Shown here: positions 37,766 to 51,171 of the stretch, piece after piece
Position numbering within the stretch: the first letter of the stretch is position 1
Layout: the number at the start of each line of letters is the position of its first letter
Notes under the pieces: model-generated
The model's input: the letters and a program-made list of their open reading frames with translations, nothing else
What the model was told of the DNA's origin: nothing
The model's database searches: none
Translations under genes and position numbers: made by a program
Origin: Sarea resinae
Lineage: Eukaryota
Reading direction: 5' to 3'
Length of the DNA: 64,000 nt
NCBI GenBank assembly: GCA_026026165.1
Contig: JAPEUD010000002.1
Coordinates: 62,001 to 126,000, forward strand

Positions 37766-40700
37766 ATGGCGGCCGCACAAGTTACCATTGGGGCTATGGA
37801 CCCAAACAATTCCTCCAAGAATACCTTTAAGCTGGAGAATGTGAGTGTGCATGCTGGATTTCACAGCGCATACCAGCTAACGCCTCTCTTCCACAGACTG
37901 AGAAGAGAGATACTCTCATAGCGATAGAGAAAAAGTATCAGCAACAATGGGCGGAAGATGGCGTGTTCGAGCCCAATGCACCCTCGACATCCGAGATACC
38001 CCTCCACGAGATCTCGGCCGCTGAGCTGCGCGAGAAATACCCCAAATTCTTCGGCACCATGGCATATCCATACATGAACGGTACACTGCATGCAGGCCAT
38101 AGCTTTACCGTCAGCAAGATCGAGTTTACCGCCGGTTTTGCCAGGATGCAGGGGAAGCGCGCCCTGTTTCCGCTCGGCTTTCACTGCACCGGAATGCCGA
38201 TCAAGGCCTGCGCGGACAAGTTGGTGCGGGAGGTGGAGATGTTCGGCCAGGAATTTGAACGCTGCCCTGAGAGCAGTATCACCAATGGCGCGCCAGAGGA
38301 GGAAGCCCCCGCGCCGACTCAGGCGACGACAAAGGAAGACGTGACGAAGTTCTCGGCCAAGAAGGGCAAGGCCGCCGCCAAGGCCGTGAAGTTGAAGTAC
38401 CAATTTCAGATCATGTTGGCTTTGGGAATCCCTCTGCCGGAAATTCATAGGTTTGCGGACCCGCAGTACTGGCTGGAATTCTTTCCACCTCTGTGCAAGC
38501 GAGACCTGACGAATTTTGGCGCTCGGATCGATTGGCGGAGATCGATGGTAACCACAGATGCAAATCCTTACTATGATGCCTTTGTACGCTGGCAGATGAA
38601 TCGTCTCAAGGATCTGGAAAAGATTCGGTTTGGCAAGCGATACACCATCTACTCTCCAAAGGACGGACAACCCTGTATGGACCACGATCGAAGCGAAGGA
38701 GAAGGCGTTGGGCCGCAGGAATATACGGCATTGAAGCTAAAAGTCAAGGAGTGGGCACCAGAGGCTGAGAAGCTGATAGAAGGAAAGCTGCCAGCGAATG
38801 CCAACGTGTTTTTCGTACCCGCAACCTTGAGGCCCGAGACCATGTACGGTCAGACCTGTTGCTTCGTTGGACCAAAGATCTCTTACGGTGTTTTCAAGCA
38901 GTCGGAGACCGACTATCTGGTGATGACGGAACGAGCTGCTCGAAATATGGCATTCCAGGGCGTCTTCCCGGAATGGGGAGTCTTCCCACAAGTGGCAACA
39001 CTTACAGGCTCTTCAGTCATTGGAACTTTGGTGAACGCCCCCCTCTCGGTGCACACTGCAGGCGTCAGGATCCTACCGATGGACTCGGTCAAGCCGACCA
39101 AGGGTACGGGTGTGGTGACATCGGTGCCCTCAGACAGTCCGGACGATTTCGCCACGGTACATGATCTTGCAAAGAAAGCGGATTATTACGGTATCAAAAA
39201 GGAATGGGCTGAACTTGAGATTATTCCTATCATTGATACTCCTTCTTATGGCAATCTGACCGCCGCTTTCTTGGTTAAGAAGATGAAGATCAACTCACCA
39301 AAGGATGCAAGTCAGCTTGCTGAAGCAAAGACTTTGGCATATAAAGAAGGTTTCTACAAGGGGACTATGCTTATCGGCCCTTATAAGGGAGATAAAGTCG
39401 AGGAGGCCAAGGACAAGGTCAGAAAAATGTTGATTGATGCAGGTGAAGCTTTTGCGTATGCCGAGCCTGATGGCCACGTTCTCAGTCGTTCCAGTGACGA
39501 GTGCGTCGTTGCATATCTTGGACAATGGTTCCTGAACTACGGCAGCCAAGACCAAGAATGGAAACAGAAGACGCTCGATCATGTCGGGTCAGGGCTGAAC
39601 ACCTACACGAGCGAGACGAAAAACCAATTCGAAGCAGTCATCGAGTGGCTGAATCAATGGGCGTGTGCAAGAACGTATGGCCTAGGCTCAAAGCTTCCGT
39701 GGGACAAGGAATTCTTAGTCGAGTCTCTCAGTGACAGCACAATCTACATGGCTTACTACACCATTGCCCATCTCCTCCACAAGGATATTTTCGGTAAGGA
39801 GAGAGGGACTGCTGGCGTGAGCCCAGACCAAATGACCGATGAGGTCTGGGATTATATCTTTACCCGACGGGAACTCGGCGACGAAGTCACTTCCAGCGGC
39901 ATCAGCAAGGCGTCGCTGGAGTCGATGCGAAGAGAGTTTGAGTATTGGTATCCATTGGACATGCGGGTGTCGGGCAAGGACTTGATCCCCAACCATCTGA
40001 CCTTCTTCCTCTACATCCACATTGCACTTTTCCCCAAGGAGTACTGGCCACGTAGTGTGCGCGCCAACGGGCACTTGATGCTCAACGGCGAAAAGATGAG
40101 CAAGCATACAGGAAACTTCCTCACGCTGGACCAGACAGTCAAGAAATACGGCGCTGATGCTAGCAGAATTGCTCTTGCGGATGCTGGGGATGGTATCGAG
40201 GACGCCAATTTCGAAGAGAGCGTGGCCAATAGCAGTATTCTGCGACTTCATACGCTCAAGGATTGGTGCGAGAAGATGATGAAGATGATCAAGGGTGAGG
40301 TCGCCAAAGACGAGACACCTCTCCGGTCGGGACCTCTGGAGTTCTGGGACAAGCTGTTCGAGAATGAGATTAACACCTTGGTGCACGAGGCGCGGACATA
40401 TTACGAGGGGTAAGGCAACCCGATATCGTAATATCATCATGCTAACAGACCACAGAACAATGTACAAACTCGCTCTCAAGTCAGCCCTCTATGACTTTAT
40501 CTCGGCGCGCGACTTCTACCGCGAAGGCACCAACGCCGCAGGAATTGGCATGCACAAGGATTTGGTGCGCCAGTTCATCAAGCTGCAGGCCCTCATCATC
40601 ACCCCGATCGCCCCGCATTGGGCCGAATATATCTGGCGAGAAGTTCTCGATGAGGTCAGTAGCAAAGAGAATCTCCTTTCTGACACGCCGCTAATGCCGT

Positions 40701-41437
40701 TTCCGCAAACACAGCCCACCACAGTCCAAGTGGCCCTCTACCCCACCGACCTCCCCGCCCCGAACCCGACCCTCCAAGCAACACAGACCTACGTCCGCAC
40801 GACGACGTCCTCGATCACGTCGGCCGAAGGCCTGCAGCTCAAGAAACAAGCCAAGGGCAAAACGACGACGTACGACCCGCGCCGCCCGAAGAAGCTGTCC
40901 ATCTTCGCGGCCGACTCGTATCCGGCGTGGCAGGCCAAATACGTGGCGATCATGAAGCAGTGGTGGAGCGGGCCCGACAAGGGCGACGAGAAGAAGCTGA
41001 GCGCCGAGGTCGGCAAGGTAGCCAAGGCGGCCGGCGGCGGCGAGGTCAAGAAGGCCATGCCGTTTGTCCAGACGCTGAAACGCGCACTGCAGTCTTCCGA
41101 GGAGGAGGAGCAGCAAAAGCAGCAGTCCGTCGACGCCATCCTCTCGCGCGCCCTGCCCTTTGACGAGCTCGACACGCTGCGCGCCATGGCGCCCAACTTG
41201 CTGCGCACCACCGGCTGCAAGATCGTCGAGATCGTGCGCGTTTCCGAAGGCGGGGCCGGCGATACCAAGCAGGGCGAGGTCGTCGACGTCCAGGTCTCGG
41301 GCGAGGACGAGAAGAAGAGCGAGAAAGTCCGGCCGGTCGGGCACGTGCTCAAGGCTGGTGGGGATGCTGCTGAGTTGCCGTTTTCGGCCGAGGCGGCCGT
41401 GCCGGGCAATCCGGGCTTTTATTTCGAGAATGTCTGA
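37766..41437 (+). CDS. CDC60: Cytosolic leucyl-tRNA synthetase, 4 exons
   Basis: PYMNGTLHAGH (HIGH), ATLRPETMYGQT, GTGVVTSVPSDSPDD (editing domain), KMSKHTGNF (KMSKS); introns 37841-37896, 40410-40455 and 40655-40714. Confidence 0.97.
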
Positions 41438-41759
41438 TCGGGTCGGTCATGTTGGTGTGATGACATAGAGGGTGGGGAAGGGCGGGCGGATTGATGTGGG
41501 GTTAGAGAATTCAGTTTTATTTCAGAGAAGACTAGAGATCCCAAAGAAAAAAAAGCTATGGGGATTCAAGCAAGCATGCAAGCAAGCAAGGACGTGATGG
41601 GATAGTCTTGAAGGTGGAGTTTGACCGTCTTGTCACCAGAAGAAGAAATCAATGAAGAAAAATGAAAACAATACAACGTAAATGTAAATGCAAATGTAGA
41701 TGCCGATGAGAAATCGAGAAAATGCAATGCAAGCTGCTGCACTCCTTTGTCAGCTAATA

Positions 41760-42840
41760 GAGAAAGAAAGAAAAGAAAGCCTACCTACCTACCTACCTAC
41801 TTGCTTTACTTACTTTACCTACCTACTTACCTTGGCTATTTACCCGTTTACCCTCCTAAGGTAAGCTAGGCTAAGATACAAAGTAGATGGTAGATCGTAG
41901 ATAGTAGATAGCAGCTAGCATAGCAGCTAGCATGCCTCTTTGTATTAAGGCAAAGAGGCGAAGAATAAATAAATAAATAAATACATAAGTAGAATTCTAC
42001 TTTTAACTTTTATAGAGAGAGAGAGAGAGATTTAATAATAGTAGTAGTAGTAGTAAACAACTAGCACTTGCACTTATCCTAGTCCTAGTCCTAGGTTTTA
42101 AATCACCTGATAATAATAACAGTAATAGTAATAATTATAATCTATGCCTATTAACGCCTACTAGAGTTAGCGTATTAGTTATAAGAAGAGTTATCTAGGA
42201 AAGAGTTATAGTAGAGGAGTTAGTTAGTTAGGAGAAGAGGTTGTGTAGAGTCTGTATTTGCAAATAAATAGGAAGAGAAGATAGAGAAGGAGAAAGAGAA
42301 AGAGATAGAGGAAAAGAAAGAGAAGAAGGAGAAAGAGAAAGAGAAAGAAGGTAGAAGAAGAAAGAGAAAGAAAGTATAGATTAAGTAAGCGCTAGAATAA
42401 GTAAAAGAAGAGAGTTTAACAAATAGAAAACGAACAGAAAAGACCTAGACCTAGAGATAGGATTAGAACAGAGAGAATACAGAGAACTAGAGGAATAGAA
42501 CTCTCAACCAAACTAGAACTAAGACTAGAGCTAGGAAACACGACTCCTGCCACACTGTTTGATGTTTTAATTCCTGATTTCTCTTTCTTGATTTCTCAAT
42601 GTCTGATGTTAAGTCCCTATGCCTTCTTTTGCTAAGGGGGTTTGATTTTGATTTTGGGTGTAGGGCGATCTGAGTGCTAGAGGGTTTAGTGTCAAGGGAT
42701 CCTAATGCTAGGGGATTTGATGTTAAAAGACTTAGCGCCAAGGGTTTTGGTGCTAGGGGACTTGGGTGCTGGGTTAGGCTACCTTGGGATAGGACGAGAT
42801 AGTTTGGGATAGGTTGGGATGGGATAGCACTTGATGACAA
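41760..42840. repeat. AT-rich, TpA-rich eroded block with microsatellites (RIP-like relic)
   Basis: (TACC)n, (AAAT)n, (AG)n and (TAG)n runs, a purine tract at 42270-42500, and degenerate TGCTAGGGG-like units at 42630-42760. TA dinucleotides are visibly abundant. Confidence 0.6.
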
Positions 42841-43122
42841 TTATCATAGAGAAGTTCATAGAGCATGAGCATGGACGGGAGTTTTATTATGTAGATACTG
42901 TATATACAGATAGATAGATAGAGATGGATCGATGAATACTACCTAGGAAGGTGCTGCGGATCATACGCCCGGACATCCAGACATCCATCTGTCCATATAC
43001 GTCGTCCATACGCACAAAGTACGTGCATCTGCTTGGTGCTACCGTGTATCCGTTGCCGCAGTGCATTCATACCGCCCATTCATACCAGCCATACACGCCC
43101 TCGCTTGTTATTTACTCACTAT

Positions 43123-45170
43123 TTACTTGGCAGGCACCTCGACCTCCTCGGTGGTAACAGCCACATGGCCCCTCCGATGCATACCCAGATGCAAGGCGCG
43201 GCCCCTGCCGAGCCCGTGACCAGCGTGGTCGTGGCCGTCCTCGCCAGCGGCGGTGGCGCTACGGTCGACGTCGCCGGCGCCCTTGCTCTCGACAAAGTGC
43301 GAGATGCGCGAGCGCGGCAGCCATTGCTCTTCCGGCATCACCCACCATGAGATCAGGGCGAAGATGGTGACGATGGCCATGATGATGGGCGCGTCTGCGG
43401 GTGGGGAGGAAAAGTGTTAGAGACTTAAATGGTGGGTCAGGATTCGACGGCTGGACTTACAGTTCAGATTCTGCCCGTTGACGGGCCACTCGTACGGACT
43501 GAACAACACGGCCGTGACCCAGCCGTTCCAGAAGATGCCGCAGAATTGAAACGGCTTGCTCCAGCGGCCCAGACTCCAGCGCGGGGTGGGGAACTTCTTG
43601 GGCGTGAGGAAGAAGCGGCCGAAGCAGATCAGGCCGTACGCCGAAGCCGAGGGCACGCCGGCCGCCGAGATCAGCGAGGTAAAGGCCACGGCCGACGGCA
43701 GGATCGTGCAGCTGACGATCGCGGCGACGCCCCAGACGACGAGCACGGCATTGTAGGGCTGGCCTTCGGCGGAGACGCGCGACACCCAGGATGAAAAGGG
43801 CAGAACGCCGTCGCGGGCCACAGCAAAAACGAGGCGCGAGGCGGCCACGATGGCGATCGCCGTGTTCTGTGCGGTCAGACGGGGTCGGCCTCGGTGGGAA
43901 TGAAGAGACTTACCAGCCAGAGCGCGACAATGCAGATGACGTTCATGAAGATGTGGCCGCCTTTGCCGAGGACGACGGCGTACAGAGGCACGAATGGTTG
44001 GGGCGCGTCAAAGGAGAAGAGCGTATCGACGTCGGGCTGCACTTGTCAGCAGACTGATAGATAACAGCAAAAGAATATGCCTTACAGAGCAAAACAGAAA
44101 CAAAATGATCGTTGCCAAGCCCCCAATGCCACTGACGATGGTACTCCAGAAGATGCCCCTCGCAGCGGTGATAGAAGCGTTCTTGGTCTCCTCGGCCACA
44201 TGGCCCGAGGCGTCAAACCCGATGAGAATTCCCGCCGTAGCGAGGTAAGAGAGACACCAGTTCCAGCCTGGTGGCGCACCCGTGCCGTTATAGGTGGTCA
44301 TAAAGGCTTCATGCGCCGTTCGGAACCCCCAGGTGTTGGCCGTGCCAATGGGCAGCCAGATGACGTTGAGCAAAAAGTCCAGCATGACAATGCCAGAAGA
44401 GAACCAAAAGACGTATCGAAAGTAGCGTGCTGTCATTGTCGATTAGCCGTGGCGACGAGTTGCATCAGAGATGAAATACCTGGAACGAGGTTCATAAGAG
44501 CTGCCAATGCCAGGAGCACCTCGGTGCAGATCCATTGCACGGCGCGGAACTTGACATTGCTCGAGTCGGTCGGGAAGTCCAGACCAAAGACGGAGATTTC
44601 CTGTTTATGTTAGAACCGTCATCGCCAACTACCAAGATCCTCACCGAAAGCATGTAGTTCGTGGCCGCTTGTGTGTTGCCTGGAGGAGAATAAGCCTTGA
44701 TACGGGATGGCAGAGAAGCAAAGCATACTGGCACAAAAGGTTGTCCATGCCGTCGTACTCCACCAGGCCACGACAAATCCAAACAATCGCCCATACTTGG
44801 GCCCTCCCGACTCGGCCGCCCACAGGTAGATGGACCCCGCCGACGGCAGGGCCGAACACACCTCGGCGATGACAGCCGCCGTCATGAATGTAAAGACGCA
44901 GGTCACCAGATAGCTGGTCCAGTACGCCAACGGGCCCCCGCCTGCGATACCCGTGCTGAAGGTCACTCGGACACCGCCAACAAAGTAGAGTGCCGCGAAG
45001 GTGGTGGAGAAGTTCTCGACGAGGGTGTAGGTGCGGTGCAGGACGGGCTTGTAGCCCAGCGTCTTGAGGATGCCCACATCATCGCTGGCCTCGGTCTCCG
45101 CTCTCGTGCTCTCGGCGGCCGAGTCGAGAGAGGCTCGATCGTACTCGGGCGCGGTGTCGGCGTCGGTCAT
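43123..45170 (-). CDS. APC-superfamily amino acid/GABA/choline-type permease, 7 exons
   Basis: LGYKPVLHR, AEVCSALPSAGSIYLWA, GFDASGHVAEET, ASRLVFAVARDGVLPFS, WSLGRWS; six canonical GT-AG introns. Confidence 0.92.
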
Positions 45171-46858
45171 GGTTTTTTATGAGCCCAGATGGGTATGCGA
45201 TCTTTCTGCTTGGCCGTTAGATACATGGCTTTGCACTTTGCCACATGGGACGATGCGCATCCAGGATCCCAGTCGTACCTGACATCAACAGTTCGCCATG
45301 GGGATTGATTCTTGTGTCTAGAGACGAGAAGAGGAAAAGCACCAGGATGGCGATGAGATCTCTGTTGCAGGATCGAGAGAAGCATCTCAGATTTGTTTTT
45401 CGGGTCCTCGCACGAAGCACGACAGCCATCGCAGACCGGGCGGGCCCACCCCACCCTCAGCGCGCGCGCGCGCCAGCCCTCGGTCGCCCCTCGTGCGGCC
45501 TGGCCGAGTCATTTTCCATCCTTATCGGGCGCCGCTCGTCTCTCTTTTCCGACCGGACTCTCCGCTCTAACTCGATTGTTCGCTAGATGCCGTTCCGTGC
45601 ATCGCTTCGAGAAGCTCAATCATTCCAATCTCGTTCGAGAAAGATGGTCGAATGTTGGATCGGAGTGGGCTGCAATAATCATAATATCGCAATCGGCCCG
45701 CGAGCATGTTTTACTGCATGTTGCTTCCAGATCCAAGGGAGCAAGTCACATGACATGATCATTCGGTGCTACAATGGATATCATCTGTGGGCAATCGGCT
45801 CGGGAGGTAGACGTGGAAGAGGGAAAGAAAAGTCGAATGGCTGGTGGTCCCCCGAACTGCACGCCGTGTCCATGGACCGACAGGCAGACAGGCAGACAGG
45901 CAGACAGACAGTTGAGGTAACATGCATTGCACCACCAACGAGATCAATGTCCGTGTGCGACGAAGCGAAGCCGCAAGTACGAGGCACGCAATCCGAATAC
46001 CGGCGACTGGGTCTGAGGCCACCGCGAGAGGGTCCGGATCGAAATGGGCAATTCCCTTTCAGATATCCCCCTCTCAGGTGGCCGCCAATGGGACATGCAG
46101 ACCCGTCAGGCACCCGCGAACAGGAACGAGGACGAGGGACGCCATCCGTCATCTCCTCACTTTACTCGTGCTTGAGGTGCCCACCGCAGTACGACATAAG
46201 GTAGTATGAGTACAGCGTGCTACCTAGAGTACTGGTACGAAGTACCTCCTGGTCCTTGCAGCCATGCGGTACTGCAGTGGTACTCGCTGCTGTACTGCCG
46301 GAGTACTTCATACTCTCCTCTCTGCTGTACTCGCATCGTCACCACCACCGCCAGCCAGCCATCCTATTATTCTTCGGCCCAAACCAAGGAACAGGTTCCC
46401 TCCTGCGCCACCACGCGGCGCCATTCGACCATGGATCGCCATCGTGATCAGGGACGTGATGATGGCCCTTGGCTTTCCCTGTTTCTCGTCTCCTTGTTCC
46501 CTACTCGGGAGTAGGGTACCTCGTAGACCCTTTATTGATGCATGACCTGCATGACCTGCGTGGCCACGACCACAGCCAGGAGCATCCAAGAGCTTCCTCG
46601 CTGCTTGACCGTCTTTCCGCTTTCTTGTTTGCCAGCTAGCTCGTCCAGCCTGTGCCGGCCCAGCCTTTCCTTTAAAATCATGTGTGTCCCCAGCGGACCT
46701 TTTCCATCTCGTGTGCATCATTACAAGATCAGAATCCATCGCTGTCGTTGTCGCGGTCGTTGTTCTCTTGTCCCGCATCTCTGGACATTCGCTGAATTGA
46801 TTGATTGATTGATTGAATTCGACTTTATTATCACCATCGTCAATCGCTGACCGAAACC

Positions 46859-46893
<35 letters not shown>

Positions 46894-46895
<2 letters not shown>

Positions 46896-47698
46896 GCGTT
46901 CCACCACCGTTTCCCTCGCACTCGTTGCGGCTCTGCCCGCTCTCGCCAACGCTCTGGTCTCGTACACCCTCACCGTCAACGGCGCCACCACCACCGTCGC
47001 CCTGCCCAGTTTCCCCAATCCCACCGGCGAGACTGTCCCGATCACCGTCCACGGCGAAGTCACGTCCATCGTGCTGCCCTTCTGGGCCAGCCAATCCACT
47101 CCCACGGCTCCCGTCACCGTCCCCGCAGGTGGGTTTTTGTTTTTCTTTTTTTGGTGAGGAATAAGTGCATGTCGAGACTGACAGCGACGAAATAACAGAG
47201 TCCTCGACCTCCAAGACCTCGTCCTCGTCTTCCTCGACGAGCATCGACTCCGGCGTGGCGCCCATCACAGTCGTAAGCACTGCCACGTCGACCACCGCGC
47301 CGTCATCGACGTCCACTCCGGCCAAGACGACCGAGTCCACGACGACCGTGCCCTCGTCGTCGACCAGCAGCCCAAGCTCGACCAAGACGCCCGCGACCAT
47401 CGTCCCCATCCCCGTGCCCGTCGGCAGCACCAGCTCGTCCACTTCCTCGCCCAGCACCACCTCGACCTCGACGACCACACTCGTGAAGACCACCACGACC
47501 GGCGTGCCCTACAGCGCAGGGAACAGCACTCTGCCGGCCGGCTCGTCCATTGCAACCGTCGGCACGGGCGCCGGCACCACGGGCCTCCCATCACCATCGG
47601 CCTTTCTCGGCGCCGGCAGCAAGACGGGCGGCGCCGCGAACGTCTTGGGTGGCCTATTCATCGGCGTCTTGGTCGCGGTGGCGGGATTGGTGGTCTAA
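46894..47698 (+). CDS. Ser/Thr-rich secreted protein, probably a GPI-anchored cell wall protein, 2 exons
   Basis: Signal peptide MRSTTVSLALVAALPALANA, S/T-rich body, and a C-terminal SAFLGAGSK plus hydrophobic tail; intron 47129-47198. Confidence 0.85.
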
Positions 47699-48835
47699 AG
47701 TGACGGATTGGCTGATGGCAAGACATGAGATGTCGAGACCGCTGCGCTCGTTCGCTTCTGGTCGACGACTAAGATAATACCTGCATGATTTCAAGACAAT
47801 ACGGCGTTTCGTTTCGTTTCGTTTCTTTTTCTTTGTGGCGGTTACTACCATTTCCGCCTGTTCCCCCGAGTCTTGATCTCCCTCTATCATTTTCTCCCTA
47901 CATAATTTCTTCTCGAGACGGGTGGTTTTTGACTACCTTAGTTGCCGGCATTTTAATACCCCCCCCCTTCCCTGCCCAATTGGCGCGCGCGCGTGTGCGG
48001 AACGAGCGAACGAACGAACGATGGAACAAACGAACGAATGGACGAGCTTGAGCATTGATTGTTTTTTATTTCCCGATTCACCAAACGAAAGCATCGCTAT
48101 ACATATTATTGAGAATCACTTGCTAGAATACCCTACAATGACGCAACGTGACGTGACGTGACCGACTGAGTGGTGGTGGTGAAAAAGGGGAAAAGCCTGC
48201 CTACTCCGGAGCGTTCTGTGCTGCAGTAGATGCTGGAATCGAAAATGAACGCCTTTGGTTGACAGACCTAGTATAGAGATGATGATGGATTCATAGATAT
48301 ATATACGCAAATACGAAATAGGACAAGTGGAAAAAGAGGGGACTAAGATAGGTAGGTAGGAGGAGATGATGATGATGATGATGTCAGAGGGATATCTACC
48401 TAGGGTAGAGAGCATGTCAGGGCAGCGAATGTTAGGGGGATGTGAGGGGATGCGCTGTAGAAGGGGTTGGGGGATAGAGGGAGGTGGTGTCTTTGTTGGT
48501 TGAGAGTAGGCTAATGTTTTTCGGTATGCTATCCTTTTCTGTCTGCCTCTCTTTCTTCTCTCTTCCCCCTCTCTCTCTTAGCCTTCTTCACTTGGTCTAG
48601 ACCTTTGCGGTCTTAGCTTAGTTCCTAGCTGTGACACAGGCATCACGGGGCACGATAGCACATACATAGATGATGGACATAGATGAGGGATGTACTCCGT
48701 AGGGATCGTTTGACATCGAGATGAAGGTGGAGATGTAGATGGTTGGGGAATTAATCTAGCTAAAAGTCTCGAGAACGACTCAATGACTCCTGCGTCGTGC
48801 GCGCTCATGATCGATCGCAGATAGGCGCACATCAA

Positions 48836-49868
48836 TCAGATCAAGCCGGGCAGCATGACGAAGCGCTTGCGCGGGTACTTGAGCCCAAACTCCTTGCGGT
48901 ACTTGGCCTCCTTCTTCTTGGCCCAGACGGCCATCTGCGCGACCGCGATCAGCACGAAGAAGCCCGTGCTCAGGCTCCAGTTGACCAGCCAGATGCCCGT
49001 CCACGCCATAATCTCGAACATGTAGTTCGGACACGTGACGGTCGAGAACCCAAAGCCCGTCGGGATGCCGCGCTCGTTGCCGCCGGCGGACCGGAGCCCG
49101 CGCAGTGTGAGGTGTGTGGACAGGTTGCCGAGTTCGCCGAGCACGAAGAGCGCGATGCCGATGTAGGGGAGCGCGGGGCTGCGCGGGGCCTGCTGCGTCG
49201 GCGACGAGGGCCGGTACGTGAAGAAGGCGATGTTGAGCCCGGCCAGGATCCAGTAGTGGAAGCTGTTCTTGAAGATGTTGCGGGCGGGCATGGTGGCGGC
49301 CGAGAAGCGGTGGACGAAGAGCGTTTCGCATTCGCGCTTGACGAAGTGCAGCACGATCAGGCACAGGGACAGCGTCTGCAGGGTCGAGGGCGGCGGGAAA
49401 GCCGTGCCTGCTGGCGCGGAGTAGATGTAGGGTCGGAGGTCGTAGAGGAGAGGGTGGATGAGAATGGGGCCGAGGTATTCGACCACGAAGACGGTGCGCC
49501 ATGCGATTTGAGGGCCTGTCACTTCTGGTCAGGACTGCAATTGAAGGGAGCGTGTAGAAGTCTGCGAGACGGACCCAAATCTTTCACGTAGACGGTGCTC
49601 TGGTTGCGGAGACCGGTCGTCTCAAGGGAGAGATCCCGCGCGTTGGGGACGGCCGAGCCATCGCTGCCCTTGGTGATGCGGAGACGGTGAGCCGAAAACC
49701 GCGATTTGGCGGCGATGGCTTTGTACAGCTCTGTGGCGGTCGCGTCTGAAGGGACGGTGATCTCAGAGGGAAGCGATTTGATGGGTTTGCCTGGGACGTG
49801 TTAGATGTTGCTATAGGCCATTGAAAAACTTCATCACCTCGTGGCTTCACCGTGAGAGTGTAGGACAT
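48836..49868 (-). CDS. TSC13: Very-long-chain trans-2-enoyl-CoA reductase, 3 exons
   Basis: VKDLGPQIAWRTVFVVEYLGP, HFVKRECETLFVHRFS..TMP..NIFKNSFHYW, VTCPNYMFE; introns 49837-49791 and 49574-49516. Confidence 0.95.
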
Positions 49869-51078
49869 GATGCTCGAGAGTGGAGAAGACTTGGAGGGGA
49901 GAGCTGTGGCCGTGATGATGATGATGGCGGTGGTGGTGGTGGTCGTCGTCGTCGTCGTCGTTGTCGTGATCGAGACGTCGTGTTGGCGACGAAATGTTGT
50001 TGAGCTTGTGGCTCCTTGGAGAGACACAACAGAAGTCACTCAATCCAGCCCAATGGGTTTCGGTCTGACGTGTGAATCGATGGCACCGCGTCGACTCCGT
50101 CCTTGCCTACCTCTCTACCCAGTATCTTACGGACTTAACCCTTGATTCAACTTCAATGGAGACAAATGCTTCAGGTCGATTCTCTACGTCTCGTCTTACC
50201 ATGTCCATATTGCTTTTTTCTCTTTTCTCTTGATTCAATGCTGCCCAGTGCAAGTGCAAAGTCGTCGATCTCTGCTGAGCTCAGCTGCCGAGCCGCTGAC
50301 GCGCATCGTCTTTCCATTTCAGCGTCGCAGCGTCGCAAATCAGTCTACAATAGTCCAATCTCCCGCCGGGACCTATCACGGGCGCGGATCAGAGAGCTTC
50401 AGCGCAAGATGGCCATGCATCCATGAAGGCTTACGATGTAGGCTTCCTCTGCTAGTTCCGCTAAATGCTGCATGTTCCGGTTGGTGGCTGATCCGGTGTG
50501 TATCCGGTGTGTATCCTGCGTGTCTCTGCTCTCTTTTCCCTCTTTTCCCTCCTGTCTCTCTGCCTCGGGGGCGAGGGGCAAGGGGCGGAGGGGCTGACCA
50601 GTGGAGCCAACCGAGCGAGCATCTTCGTCCGAAAACAGGCGCCAATCCGACCACATGCATGCTCGACTGCCCGCTTCAGCTCGCCGGAGGCTCCCCCACA
50701 GATCCAGGTAGATGCGCTCTGTTGACTCTGCAGCCCCTCGCAGGCTCCAGCAGGCAGTGCAATCCATTCTTAGCACCGATTCATCGATCGCATGGATCGC
50801 ATGGACCGCATGGATGACTGCCTGGAACCGCTTATCCCCTCTTCCGCTCTACTCTACTGGCCAATGCCACACTGGACTGAGCCCGCTGTCATTGGCCGAT
50901 CCGTGCAACCTCGAGTCGACGTCGACTGTTGTTCTTTCTTCTGTTACATCGTACAGCTCGCAGCTCGCAGCTAACAGCTACCTGGCAACATGGATGGGGG
51001 CCGCATGAGTCGATTGCCTGTCAATTGCTGGCTCCGGGCTCAGCCGCAGCTTGTTGATCAGGGGTCATGACGGATTGT

Positions 51079-51086
51079 TATATAAA
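51079..51086 (+). promoter_or_regulatory. Candidate TATA box of the ppo gene
   Basis: TATATAAA about 90 nt upstream of ATG 51172. Confidence 0.5.
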
Positions 51087-51171
51087 TTGTCAATGGGCTC
51101 GAGACATTTCTTCTCCATAGACTTTTGTTCTCGCTGAATATATACAGTTCATATCTTATCGTTTCGTGAAT

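Noticed and set aside
46308..47597. Long minus-strand ORFs (269, 218 and 110 aa)
   Set aside because: They are antisense to the GC-rich Ser/Thr GPI protein gene and its ATC repeat.
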